This document shows, one piece after another, positions 1 to 13,038 of a stretch of 64,000 nucleotides of DNA. Numbering within the stretch: position 1 is the stretch's first letter; each line of letters opens with the position of its first letter. The translations under genes and the position numbers were made by a program. Below the pieces are notes generated by a model. The model did not search any database and was not told the origin of the DNA. It worked only from the letters and a program-made list of their open reading frames with translations. Source of the stretch: Eledone cirrhosa (lineage: Eukaryota); NCBI GenBank assembly GCA_964016885.1, contig OZ024740.1:437968001-438032000 (forward strand). Direction: 5' to 3'.

Positions 1-420
1 TCCACCACTGCATTGGTTAAGTACCCGTACCTATTCGTCACAATCTCTACACAGAGCACTGAACCTGCTGCTCACTTCTACTGTGAACCTCTCCTGTAGC
101 TTATCTTCCTTGAAAGCTCACCAGTCATAGATTGCTCTCCGGAGCTAAGCCTTGCTCTTTCTTAAGCTCACCCGGACCTCACTCATAACAAGCCACTGCC
201 CCAGTGTACTGAAATAGTTGTATGGTTCTGTGTTCAGAACACTATTCTGCCACTTTTTCCTCACCAGAATGAAATCAATCTGGGACTTGGACAGGTGCAT
301 ATCTGAGATATAGGTCCACATCTTCCCCGGATTCATCCTAAACCTTAGGTTGGTTGCTATCAAGTTGGCCTGCAGCAGGCTGTCTCTCAGTACTCTTCCA
401 TTTCGGTTGGTGATGTTAGG
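1..420 (-). mobile_element. LINE fragment: C-terminal part of the APE endonuclease, runs off the window start
   Basis: ORF 145..363 contains ATNLRF...GKMWTY...SQIDFILVRKKW..SV, a typical non-LTR APE motif; degenerate. Confidence 0.75.
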
Positions 421-483
421 GAATTACCAGCGAATTACCAAAAGTATAAACAATTATTTGTTTCTAAGTTGTTCAATAAAGAA

Positions 484-1056
484 ATATATCCATCTATCTA
501 CCTACATATCTATTTATCTATCTCAAAACCTTTTGCAACGTCTATCTTGAGATGTCACACACTCTCTTGCTCCATATGATGTTTATGTTTGCCAAGGGGA
601 GATAATTACATGATTGACTTTATGACACACGTGCGTACACACCCAAACAAACTTACACACCCCCACATGCTGCAATGATAGACGAATGGCGGTGAATTTG
701 ATTTTCGGTGAAAGTTTGATAAGCGTCAACGTAACAATTGTGTAACAAGTTGTGTTTCATTGTTTGAACACATAGACCACTATTCTTTCTTCTCGAAACT
801 TTTTTTTATTTCTTCTTACCCTCCTTTCTCGTCCATGGAAGCAAATAAGACATTTATTTCACAAGAGAGTCACTTCAGGATATTACTAGAATTTCTCACA
901 ATGAAGCAAGACGTGAGAAGTAGAAGGAAGCCGATGGTATGCTAAACTGCGTAGTTCTTTTAAATATTTAATTGGTTTTATTTACAGGTGTTTAAATGAC
1001 ATTACAAATTGTTCACAGTTCTTTGAGAATGAAAATAAAAACACATATAATACAAT
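484..1056 (+). repeat. Duplicated block, copy 1 (copy 2 at ~20735-21525)
   Basis: Collinear match from tacctacatatctatttat through ccttttgcaacgtctatcttgagatg to gaatgaaaataaaaacacat; both copies have a GTATGC donor-like site (937 and 21445). Confidence 0.9.
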
Positions 1057-1134
1057 GTGTATATATATATATATATATATGCACACACACACAAACACAC
1101 ACACACACACACATATATATGATGGCTGCAAACT

Positions 1135-1652
1135 CTGCTTTGGCTTGTTGTTTTGGGATTCGATCATCCTCCATTCTGCAGAGGTGTCCGGTCCATCGCA
1201 AACGCCGTTGGTGGATGATACTCTCAATACTCCGACACACACTTCTCTCAAGGACCTCAACATCACTCACATGCATCTGCCACTTGATACCGAGTATCTT
1301 TCTGAGACACTGCTGGTGAAACCGTTCCAGTCTGTTGATATTCCGTTTGTAGGCAACCCATGTCTCACATGCATACAACAAAGCTGACAGTACATATGCA
1401 GCATACACTCTCACCTTGGTCCTCATTGTGATTCCTCGCATGCACCAAAGACGGTCGTTGAGCCTTCCAAATGACTCACTTGCCTTACTAACACGTAGAC
1501 CAACTTCTGCATCCAGAGAGCAGGTCACACTCAGAGTACTCCCCAAATACACAAATGTGTCAGCAGCCTTCAGCTTTTGACCGTATACGTGTATGGAGGG
1601 TTCATCCAGAGGGTTCATCAGGTAGGTACATGACGACAGTCTTCTTCAGACT
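1135..1652 (-). mobile_element. RTE-clade (BovB-like) LINE fragment, RT thumb and C-terminal region
   Basis: ORF 1013..1618: FVYLGSTLS, RVSKASESFGRL, TKVRVY..VLSALLYACETW, LERFHQQCLRKILGIKW, RRLRWTGHLCRMEDDRIPKQ. Confidence 0.9.
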
Positions 1653-1655
1653 GAT

Positions 1656-1688
<33 letters not shown>

Positions 1689-1835
1689 CAAGCAGTTGTT
1701 ACGTAATTTGCATCCAGTGAATGCGAGTGTCGTATATGTGTCTTTTTTGGCCCCGTTAAGCTCGTATGTGTTTCTGTGTGTGTGTGTGTCTGCCTGTCTG
1801 TGTGTCTGTGTGTCTGTGTGTATGTGTGTCTGTGA

Positions 1836-1882
<47 letters not shown>

Positions 1883-1883
1883 C

Positions 1884-1924
<41 letters not shown>

Positions 1925-1925
1925 T
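1656..1925. repeat. (TA)n and (TG)n/(CG)n microsatellites
   Basis: Read directly from sequence. Confidence 0.95.
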
Positions 1926-2069
1926 GTGGGTGTCAATAGGTAAATAAAATCCAAGCTATCTCCAATATTATCAGACGTAACAACTCCAATATTATCAAAC
2001 GTTGTAACAACTCAGCAGTAGTAGTATAAATATATAAATTGCAACAACAATAACAATTTCATTTTTATT

Positions 2070-5000
2070 TTAGCTGAGCTACCCGGTGATACCCGGTTAT
2101 TTTATGAAAGTTACAATATATTTGGCACACATTACAAAATATTTGACCATTCAAATATGATTGCTGAATTTTAACCAAAGTAAAGCAGAATATTTATTGC
2201 CGTTTGGTCAAAGTAAATCATCTAGATAAAAATATTAGTTTTTTCCAGTGGTGATTTTTTTAATACTGCTCCCTATTACAGTCAGCATATATAATACTTT
2301 ACTCATAGATGAATCATTAGGTATGTTGTCAGTGAAAAGGGCATGACCCCAAAAATACATTTAGAATTTTTTTGTTTATCCTATTCTTTCTTTCTTTTTT
2401 TTTTTTTCTTTGCTCAATCTGAACCTCTGAAATTCAAACAACATGTAAAGACTATTTTAAAAAAACATAAATAAAATAAGAAAATAAATTTATCATTGGT
2501 TTATGATTGAATGAAGCGTTTACTTACTCATTTCTGTAATTCAGGGAAAGGTGGGATTTGAAGGAAATTTGGCTGCTATTTCTGCCCAACAAAGTCCTCA
2601 CTTATACTACTTCATATAGCAGAGGTACCAGGGATTGCCTGCATATTCTTCCAAAGTAACACCATGCAGTAAATTTGCAGCTTCAGAATTCCTTGCAAAC
2701 TACTTGACTAAGGAATTAGGATCTGTGTGTATTGTCATTGAATGACGTATTACCACATTGCTCATTCCAAAGCCTCTGGATAAACAACATTCTTGGTTTT
2801 GCCCTGTGGTGCCACAATGAAGAGACAATCAGGGTTCCAGCCCTTGTTGTGCCAACATAGAGTTGACCGTGTGAAAAGACAGGATCTGCCAGATTCAACC
2901 CTAAATTCAGTTGGATAGTTTACAACCTGGTCTTGAGAAGTGATTGTGTCAACTGATTTGTAGCATATTTTCTCTCCCGGTAACATCTCCAGCAGTCTTC
3001 TGTTGATTTCTTTCACAGCAACATTTTTAGGTGCTAAGATTGCTCGTTCACAGAGCCATTTCGGATCACATTGCCTGGTCTGAATGTTTGGAAACACTCT
3101 GGCAATCAGTTCTTGTTCTGTGTCAATGATATGGCCAAATGACAACTGAATATGGTCATTGGAGTCCTTTTCAAGAAGTCCATTTCCCAATTTAAGTAGT
3201 TGGATGGCAAACTCACTGACACCTTCGTCACCAGTTAAGTGCACTCGCATGTTGGTTGTAAGGTTCAGCAGCTGAAAGTGTTGATGCAATGCCAGTTGAG
3301 GCCACAGCAAGGGCAATATGTGGCTTTTGGCGAACTTTTGCAAGCGGGAGGTTTATGAGGAATGTCTTGCCTGTGCCAGCAGGAGCATCGATGAAGAAAT
3401 GTCCTCCCCTGTCATTTTGAATGTTTTTGATGATGTTGTGGTAGGCGTATTTCTGGTCATCCATCAATCGAGGTTCATTTTAATCCACAAACTTACGCAA
3501 TGCTTGAATATCGTAGTTTGTCTCCTGAAAAATGTCTTGTGCTACCTCCATTTCTTCATCTGGCTCTGGCATCCCGCAGTTAGCTAATGTGCTATTCATT
3601 GCCTGAACTCGATGGGACAGGTCACAGAGAGCTTGATTGTAAATCCTGGGGGTATATTCCATATACATATTGCCATGATGTCTTCGGGCTAGGTGTAGAT
3701 AGTTGTCCGACATATTGTTTTTGTACTACTGCCAGAGTAGATGAACTTCATCAAATTCCACATTATGTGAGCATAATAGCAAATAATTGTCTTATTTGAC
3801 TGGCTACTTGAGTGATTGCTGCTTCTTCTAGGCACTTTTTCCAGTGTCCATTGTCATGCAGGAGTCCATGCTGTTTACATGCTTCTTGGTATGTAGCGCA
3901 CTCCCCTCCTCTGAAGCACCTAAGATCCTCCAATGATGTTGGTCCTCGAACAGTATGCAGAAGTAGCCATAAATAAAAACATTCTCTGTTGTTGGGATGG
4001 ACATTGTCAACACGCCCATTAGCATCACTTGACTTGACTTCATGACCTTCCACTAAATAACCCTGCTTTCTTCGATTGCAGGCCTTGCAATTGGTTCAGG
4101 TGTAGTTTGTTGGGACTTCAGCATATAGGAGGGATCGAGCAAATTCATCATTCTGGCAGAGTTTAAAGAAAGCAGTTAGTGTAGTGTCATGTGATGCTTG
4201 TGCCAACTGATGAGCAGTGATATTAATAAAGTACACTCTCTGTCCATTTTCCAGATGGACTGCGAGGTTGACCACTGTTGGGTGGCGTTGGTGGATATCA
4301 AATCCAACGATTCGCCAGATAGCTTCATAGCTGGAGATGTATCGACCTGTTTGATACCGTTTCACCTCATCCAGCCCACCATCATTGAGTTCTTTGTCAG
4401 TAATAAATGTAGCCATGACACTGCCCTTGTTGATATATTTTGTGACATATAGGATTGGCTTGACGGAGCTGCAATACTCAACATTGATATGAGCTTTTAA
4501 AAGTTTACCCAACAATTTGTTGTGTGGGGCGACCCACTGATTGTTTATGGTCAGCTCATCTCCTAGAACTGTTAGGCTTGCAGTATTGCCTCCATGTTCT
4601 GGTCTATGCCTACGATAAAGGGGGTATCCATTATTGTCAGTCCGAGTTTCCCGAATAAAGGCTCTAGGATAATGTTTGCTGCCTTTTTTATCTTTCATGC
4701 AGGGTGAGGCTGGATTGATGACTCCACATGGACCATGAATGAGTTTGGACTTGATGGTTTCAAAGAGCTCTGGATCACCACCTTTATCAGGCAACTCTGC
4801 TGAAATGATCTTATCAACATCATCTGGTCTTATCTTCTCCTTGCACCAGATTAGTGTGTGAGAGTGAAGATACCTCTCTTCTGCCACTCAATAGTGGTCA
4901 TCCAAGCACTAAGCTCACCAAAGATTCTTCCTTCTTTTAGGAGCCAGATGAGTTTTCTTTTTTGCTTTTCATGGAAAACCCGAGCAATGAAGTCATGTCG

Positions 5001-6935
5001 ATCCTTTGGTTTTTGATTTTGAAATAATTCATTTGATATTTCTAACCAGTTTGAATTGCATGTAAATGTAATGAAGAGATCTGGCCGACCAAATTTTATG
5101 ACATAGGCCATTTCATCTTGCGTACGTTCATGAATGTAATGTGATCCTCCCATGAAGCTTGGTGGTAGTATGACTGGCTGGCCAATATTTATTGGGTCAG
5201 CATCAGAATTGATGGCATCTCTAAAGTGGATGTAGTTATCTGCCCTCAACTTAGTTTGATTCCTTCGCAGAAAACCCAATCTTTCTATTTCAATTTTGGC
5301 ATACATGTCCACCATGAAGTGGCTGGTTACTTCTTTGAATGGCAGAACTTGGTTGAAGTGATCACGTACCATGAAATGATAAGCATAGAATTCTTTGCAG
5401 CTGATTGATCGGCCAGTTTCTTGTCCCGTTCCTGGGCTGATTTGCCGTAGCTGAAAATGATATCCATCTTGACCATTCAAAAAGATGAGCGGATATTGGA
5501 GTGAATCATAGGCTCTATGAGTTTCACAAATTTGTTCCAAATGTCCACTTCGTTTTTGCAAAACAATGTCACGTCATTCATGCTGTTCATCAACTATTAT
5601 GATTGCAACTTCATCAGTGACAGGTGCATTGAATCTGCGTTCATGTTCTGAAGCTGGGAATTTGTCTGCCCTAGTGATGATTTTACGATCTCTGCATATT
5701 TAAATACACTGACGTACATGTGATGTTGGTGAAGCATTTCTTGTAACTTTATGACTATGTAGAACTGCAATCCACCATGGACATTGGTACATCTTTGTTG
5801 TGACTGTGTTTCATTTCCACCCATCAAGTAAACCTGCACAAACTTGTGAGGCTCCTGTGAAAGTGGCAGAAGGCCACCCATTAAGTGGTAACACTGTCCC
5901 TGAATTTTATAAGTTGTACAGAATCTTAAGTCAGTCACATTCCTGTCAGCCTCAAAAGATGTCATTTGAAAGGCAGAATTATATTTTATGATGTATTTAT
6001 TGAAGTGTCGTGCTTCTGGTGTATGCTGAAGGAGCAGATTCTTCAGAAATTCAGGAGGTTCTTGTATTGTTTTAAGGCTCACTTTGCCTTTGAGCAGCAT
6101 ATACTTGGCGTTTCTGCTGCCCACTTCTTGGCACCACAATACTGGCAGCATTTGTTCATTTTCCCAATATTCTTTTGTGGATTACTGCTGTAGTCCTTTT
6201 GGGGGTCATCAGAAAAATCCCCCATCAGCCAGTTCATTCTACTTGTGGCTTGTTCTCCTGCTCAGGCAGTATAACGATGTGCTTGATTAGCATTTCGTCT
6301 GATTTGCTGCTGTTCCTTAATTTGTTGTTCTCGAGTAGCAGCAGTCCTTTGTTCCCTTTCATCCAAACTGTGTGCTCTTGCTAAAGCTGTTTGGGCTCTG
6401 TTAGTAGCTAGACGGGCATGCCGAACTTCTTCACTTTCTTCAGATCGCTGTATTTTCTTTCTCTTAGCCTCTGAAGGTTACCGGTATGAAAAAAGACTCA
6501 ATGCAAGTTTTCAAGTGTTTTACAGAGCCGAGATACAAAGTGCTAAAATGATCAAATTTTAGTTTAGAACATTTATTTGCTGACAATTGTTTCTTCCAGA
6601 GAGAAGTCTGGAATCATCGGAGCATAAGGAATGTCGAAACATTGCTTATAACTTTTATGCCTGTGTTTTTTTTGCTTGTGATGTTTTTGCTTGTGCTTTT
6701 TACTTATACCTATTACACTTCCAACCAGTACTGCCTGTAATTGTGTTCTTTCAAGCAGAACATCTTTTTAACTCCTGATTCTCCACATGATGCCTTTGAC
6801 ACTAATAACAATTATATATCTTAAATGTTCTGAATGATAGGATTTTAGTAAGATGTTTCTGGAAGAAACAATTGTCAGCAAATAAATGTTCTAAACTAAA
6901 ATTTGATCGTTTTAACACTTTGTATATATATATAC
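2070..6935 (-). mobile_element. Helitron with decayed Rep/helicase and internal deletions
   Basis: Successive minus ORFs. HUH Rep motifs DLFITFTCNSNW, TIEWQKRG / HSHTLIW, YVTKYINKG; also HGPCG and LAVHLENGQRVYF. Pif1 helicase Walker A DAPAGTGKT, plus RAILAPKN and FSHGQLYV. 3' hairpin ccgggtatcaccggg followed by CTAA near 2070-2097. The 5' limit is uncertain. Confidence 0.95.
6533..6925. repeat. 68-bp inverted repeat (6533-6600 and 6858-6925) with 257-bp spacer
   Basis: atacaaagtgctaaaatgatcaaattttagtttagaacatttatttgctgacaattgtttcttccaga versus its reverse complement; 2 mismatches. Confidence 0.95.
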
Positions 6936-7013
6936 AGAGGGTATGTCTGAGAGAGCCACCAAAAGCAGTAGTGGTCCCAGGAACCAGGCCCCTTGGGGAA
7001 CCCCACTTGTTAT
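6933..7013 (-). repeat. 81-bp displaced copy of LINE RT sequence 8030-8110
   Basis: tacagagggtatgtctgagagagcc...ccccacttgttat occurs twice with 2 mismatches. Confidence 0.95.
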
Positions 7014-7029
7014 ATATAAATATGTATAT

Positions 7030-8500
7030 ATACTCTTTTACCTGTTCCAGCCATCCGGCTGAGGCCATGCTGGGGCACAGCCCTTGTTGCTACTCATTTT
7101 ATCCCCAGCCTATATAGGTTGGCCACTGGTGCAACAGGGAGTTCATTGCTGCTGCCCTTAGGTTTCCCCCGTACCTTGCTGTGGGCTCATCTGGGATCCT
7201 GGATAGCAAAGTGTCGAGATGTTTCTTGAAGACATGCACACCATGCAGATCTCTCAGATCCCTTGGCAGCTTGTTGAAGAGTTGAGGGTCCTTGAACCCC
7301 AGACTTTTGCAATACCTGCTCCTTATTCTAGATATGGAAGACGGGATCTTTGGCACCACACAGTGACGTCCTGTTCGGCGGTTGGTCCAGCTCCCAATGC
7401 CAAAGTTTGGTGCTAGTCCCTCCAGGATTTTCCACATGTAGATCACTGCGTATCTCTCCCGTCTTCGTTTCAAGGAGTAGAGGTTCAGTTCTTTTAGCCT
7501 CGCCCAGTAGCTTATCTCCTTCATAGTCGCAATCCTCTTGGTGTAGCTTCGCTGGATTGCCTCAAGCTCCGTGGTTAGTTTGACACTATGGGGTGACCAC
7601 AACTGGGAGCAATAGTCCAGGCGGCTTAGGACAAATGTCCTCCAGAGTGTCAACATGGTGTCTCGGTCTCTTGTCCAGAAAGTCCTCAAGATCCAGCCAG
7701 CGAGTCGTCTGCACATTGTCGCCACTTTCATTATGTGGGAGGAAAAAGATGCATCATCGCTCATGTCTATACCCAGGTCTCATATCGATTTTTACCCTGG
7801 GATATCGGTCCCTCCTGGTCCGGTGTAACTGTGTTGTACTGTATTTGTGTTTTCAGGAATTGCGTAGCGCTTGGAATTTGCCAGCATTAAACTGCATGTT
7901 GCTGTCTTCCGCCCATTTGTATATGGCATACAGCCCTTGTTGTAAAAGGGCAGCTTCAGCCGGGTTTTTGATTGCCTGTGCTACCTTAGTGTCATCAGCA
8001 TAGCTAGTGAGGGATGTTGTTGTATGTACTACAGAGGGTATGTCTGAGAGAGCCACCAAAAGCAGTAGTGGTCCCAGGAACCAGGAGCCTTGGGGAACCC
8101 CACTTGTTATTGATATTTCCTTTGAGAGGGCCCCCGTTTGCTGCGACTGTCTGGCTTCTCTCCTTTAAGAAGTCGTGCAGCCACTCACCTACTTTTCCAG
8201 TTATGGCGAGTCCGTGTAGTTTGTGACATATCATTCCGTGGTCGACTTTGTCAAAGGCCTTCGCAAAGTCAAGATATATCATGTCCACATGTGAGCTGTT
8301 AAGCAGTTGTTTCAGTACCCAGTCGTAATGATGTAGCAGCTGTGTAAGGCAGCTTCTTCCTGGGTGAAAGCCATGCTGCGTGTTAGTCAGGCAGTCATTT
8401 TCCTCGAGGAAAGTGATCAGTTTCTTTCTGACGATTCGCTCCATGACCTTACTGATATGTGACGTCAGGGAGACTGGTCTATGATGTTTGGCTTCCACTC
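7030..8500 (-). mobile_element. CR1-group LINE, 5'-truncated and frameshifted, with RT and 3' tail
   Basis: RPVSLTSHISKVMERIV, QHGF..GRSCLTQLL, YLDFAKAFDKVDH, GVPQG..LGPLL, YADDTK, SRLDYCSQLWSP, LEAIQR; tail ends ...gctggaacaggtaaaagagta. Confidence 0.92.
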
Positions 8501-8504
8501 TGCT

Positions 8505-8815
8505 ACCTCCTATATGGATAGGGCACTTGTGAGTGCAAGCTCACCTTTATCAATCTGGAAACACTTCTCTCCAATGACATCACAATACTCTCTGACACAC
8601 TGCCTCGTAATCTGGAACACCTCCTGTTTCTGTTCCTCGTGTTGCAAAACATGCTTGAATTTCCTATCCTCTGCCTCCCTTCTAGCTAAGTATACTTGTC
8701 GCCTAGCTTCCATCCTGGTCTCTATGTAATGTGCCCTGTTATTCCATTCTTTCCATGCCTGTCTCTTAACCTTAACTGCCTCATCTACCATATTGTTCCA
8801 CCACCAAGTCACTCT
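8505..8815 (-). mobile_element. RTE LINE fragment (APE-RT linker)
   Basis: TWWWN...EARRQVYLARREAE..KFKHVLQ, same family as 17800-18100. Confidence 0.85.
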
Positions 8816-8889
8816 CCTCCTCCCTGTATATATCTTTTTATCATTATCCTTTTCTCAAATATAGACAAATTACAACACACACACAAATA

Positions 8890-9230
8890 TTATGCATGGA
8901 TATGTTACCTGGAAGCTGGAGAGTGAGAATAATATAGATGATAAAAGTCTATCTTCAGCAACAAGTGCTATATTGTCCCCCATGTTGAAAGATATTATTT
9001 TACAATATAAGAACTTGAAACTAAGATTAACTGAGTTACAGAATAGATAGGGATGTACACAAAAGACCTAGATGTGAAAAGAAGTGGAAATTGTGCAGAT
9101 TGAACATTGAAGATATGACCGATGTGAAAAAGCTGTGGAATGATGTGGTGAAAAGAGTGAAGAATGCAATCCCTAGAAAGGTCATCCCCGAGAGTAAACA
9201 TTGGGAGTTACAGCAACGTTTTAAGACATA
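8890..9230 (+). mobile_element. Degenerate R4/Dong-like (REL-type) LINE fragment
   Basis: Manual translation across frameshifts gives MHGYVTWKL...HVERYYFTI*ELETK...RPRCEKKWKLCRLNIED, which parallels VHVYL...HLEGYLYAIQEQELPTKYL...LCKTKIED at 44060-44290. Confidence 0.55.
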
Positions 9231-9764
9231 GAAAGAGTAGTTGTGGATTGTTCCGGTGAAAAGCAATGAATCGGAAGTATAACAGACGACGCTCAGCAGT
9301 TGGAGTTCGCTGCCAAGCAGATACCAATATAATATTATATATTAGGGAATCAGATAGTTTGTCTTTATTTCCTGTTGTTTTATTGCAAAAGCGTATCCTT
9401 GAAAGTGAGAGAAAATATAGCGTTTGTTGGTGAAGATAATATAATTTGTTTATCTATATTACTCTCTATGCAGAAATAAGGAAACATTTGCACATGGTCG
9501 ACCCTGACTATACGTTCATATTAGTTGTGAAGCTTTGCTTTAGAGAAACAGAAAGAAGACGACTATATTTGTAATTCGATGTATAATCGATTTAAGTATG
9601 ATAAAAAATATTTGAAACATTGGAGATGATGTGCATCTAAATACTAAGCATATACAGATGAACACATAAGTGAAAAGGAACACAAGCACACACAAATAGA
9701 TGGATAGCTGCACACACATGCATACATATCTACCTAGTTGATATTTAAATTGCAACAAGTCTTG

Positions 9765-11348
9765 TCATCATCTTCATCACCTAACGTCTGCTTTTCCTTG
9801 CTTGCAAGGGTTGGACGAACCTATTTAGCACAGTATCTCTCCACTTGTCACGGTCCTTCGTCATCTCCTCATTGAGCTTTAGAGATTTGAGGTCTGCTCA
9901 CACCAGCTCCGCCCGTATTTTTCGTGGTCTTCCTCTACTGCGTTGTCCTTCTACTGGGATTTCTTGGCACTTCTTTACCTAGGTGTCATCCTCCATGCGA
10001 TCACATGTCTATACCAACAGTCTTCTCTCCCGCACGCTACAACTTATCCCAGTTAAACAGTTTCTCCCTGAAGTCCTCCATTCCTAGTCGTTCATTTCTC
10101 TCCAGCCGTCGCATATCCTCTGCAGTTGCTGCCCAAGTCTCACTACCATGCAGCATCGCGCATCTCACACAGTCATCATATAACTGTCCTTTCGTACGCA
10201 GGGAGAAATCCTTCTTTGTCAACAGAGGAAGCAGCTCCCTAAATTTCTTCCGACCCGTCCTTATTCTAGATACTATGGTCTCGGAACACCCCCTCCCATT
10301 CTAATCATATCACCTAGGTAGCGGAAGCTATCACCCACTTCTATAGAACCCACCTTCATGTGGTAAATGTGTCTATCACTGCGTCTTCTACTGTCAAGTT
10401 CTGTACAACTACTGCATACATATTTCTCCCTACTTGTTAGTTTGCCTGCTATCCCACTACATCTCTTGTGTACCCAGGATCTGCATTGTGTACATTTTAT
10501 AGAATTTATTCTAACTCCTTTTCTACATAATGAACATGACCATTTCTCTGATGGAATCAGAGTTTTGTCCTCTTCTCTACTTATCAACACTTTTGTCTTA
10601 GCTAGGTTCACTCTCAGTCCTCTTGATTCCAACTGCTTTTTCCATAGACAGAATTTCTTCTCTAGTTCCTCTACTGAATCTGCTATAAGTACCAGATCGT
10701 CAGCATAGAGAAGTTCCCATGGGCAGCCAGTCTTAAACTCGTGTTATGGCTTGGATAATTATAATGAACAAGAGTGGGCTGAGGACAGAGCCCTGATGCA
10801 CTCCTACTTGTATCTGGAATTCCTCATTAAACTCCATTACTTCTCTCACTTTACTGACAGAACCTCTGTACTTAGCTTGCACTGTCCTCACAAGCCATTC
10901 CTCTACACCTATTTTCCTTAGAGACCACCAGATGATAGATCGTGGTGCACTATCAAAGACCTCCTCTAAGTCATCAAAAGCTAAGTATAGTGGTTTATTC
11001 TTCTCTAAGAACCTCTCTTGTAGTTGTATCACTAAGAAGAGGGCATCTATTGTACTTTTCCCAGGCATAAAACCAAACTGCATCTCATTTAGTTTGGCTC
11101 TTTCTCTAATTAGTTGCAATAGTATTCTTTCTGCCACTTTCATAACCTGATCCATCAGTTTGATGCCCCTATAATTGCTCATTTCCAGAGCATCCCTTTC
11201 TACCTTTTGTCGCAATTTATAAGAATACTGCTGCACCAGTCTTTGGGTATGACTCAGCCATATATATAACTTGATTGACGATGCGGGCAACCAGTTTAGT
11301 AGCTACTTCTGATGCCCTAACCCTATATTCGTCTTTGTCAATAGCTGG
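9765..11348 (-). mobile_element. RTE LINE, 5'-truncated: RT, PHD-type finger, 3' end with (ATG)n-type tail
   Basis: NYRGIKL, QFGFMPGKSTIDA, GVHQGSVLSPLLF, LYADDL, CSLC..CTQC.SWVHKRC..CSSC, FRYLG, MLHGSETW; tcatcatc tail at 9765. Confidence 0.93.
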
Positions 11349-12590
11349 ATAATAATTTGTGAAAAAATGAAAGCAGAAAACACACACATACGTATATACA
11401 CTCACACACTCTCTCACTCACATGAACAGACATTGAGCACTAAATATCTATTTGTTTTTAAAATATAATTTCAATAATAATTAATTGCTAAGATGGATTA
11501 CATTGCCACCGGTTATATTTTATATATTTCCTAAAACTCGTTTGTTTAAAAAGCTTAATTTTTTTCTCTTTTTACTCTGACATTATGACTTGTAGCTCTG
11601 ATAAGTTGAGCTAGATTGCCAGCGTTGAAATAGTTGCGCTTTAGTTTTGATGTAGCCGTGAGTCGTGGGGGTATAGTATATTGCATGTATGTATATACTT
11701 ATGTGTACATATATCTATATATGTATGTATGTATACACGTGTATGTATATCTATATGTATATCTACATATATATATATATGTTATTGTGTATAGTGTTTG
11801 TGTGTTTACATAAGACTACAAATCTGTTTATGCAGAATTCCAATTAGCAAAGGGAGATTACTCTACAATATTTTAATAAAATTATTGGAGTTGTTTCCCT
11901 TTTATCCGGAAATGTTGTCGTTTGATAAAACCGTCATTGAATTTATGCCTTGATAAGGCTGGTTCGGTCTCAGTCAGTGCTAAGTGAATGCTGTTAAAAG
12001 AAAGATATTTCATGTGACATAATTACTGCAACAGGTTAGGTATTTGCAAGATTTGGGGTTGTATTTTATTGTTTAAATATGATTGTCACTTAGATAAGAC
12101 AGGATTCATCAATTTGTAGAAGAATTGAAAGGGTTAAGTTTTAATTTTTGGGTGGGTGTGTATATATGAAACTGAATAGCTATTTATATACATGATCTGT
12201 TGATTCTCTATCCTTCTTTCTCATAAATATAGACATAGAAATTACGATATACGCGTACACACATACATGCATACACTCACACACACACATATATTCACAT
12301 TGTTCTGATCAAAATATTTAATTTCTTCACAGAATAATAAATCATGTTTTAGTTTTTGCTGGTATTGTTGTTCGTTGTGGTGGTGGTGTTGTTTGGATTG
12401 GCGGTGTTGTTGGGAGTGGTGGCGGTGTTTGTGTTGTTGTTGTTACACATACACACACATACCCACACTGACTGGCAAAACTATTCTTTCATCTCAATGA
12501 AATTTCCGCCCAAACAAATACTACCAGCTCAATCCCCACCACCAGGTTCACAATTATACACACACACACAGATACATACATACACACATA

Positions 12591-13038
12591 TGTGTGAGAT
12601 CCGTGATGCTGCATGGTAGTGAGACGTGGGCAGCAACTGCAGAAGATATGCGACGGCTAGAGAGAAATGAAGCAAGCATGCTCCATTGGATGTGCAGTGC
12701 CAAAGTGCGTGAACGACCAAGCATAGACGAGTTGAGAAAGAAACTGGGTATAAGAGGGATAAGTTGTGGTGTGCAGGAGAGAAGGCTGAGATGGTATGGA
12801 CATGTGATGCGAATGTAGGATGACCGCCGGCTAAAGAAGTGCCAAGAAATCCCAGTAGAAGGAAGACGCAGTAGAGGTAGACCACGAAAAACATGGGCGG
12901 AGGTGATGAGAGCAGACCTCAAATCTCACCGAGGAGATGACGAAGGACCGTGACAAGTGGAGAGATGCTGTGCTGAATATGACCCGTCCAACCCTTGCAA
13001 GCAGGGAAAAGCGGACGTAAAATGATGATGATGATGAT
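12591..13038 (+). mobile_element. RTE LINE 3' fragment with (ATG)n tail
   Basis: ORF 12594..12818 VMLHGSETW...RRLRWYGHVMRM, GRPRKTW; ends cggacgtaaaatgatgatgatg. Confidence 0.92.
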
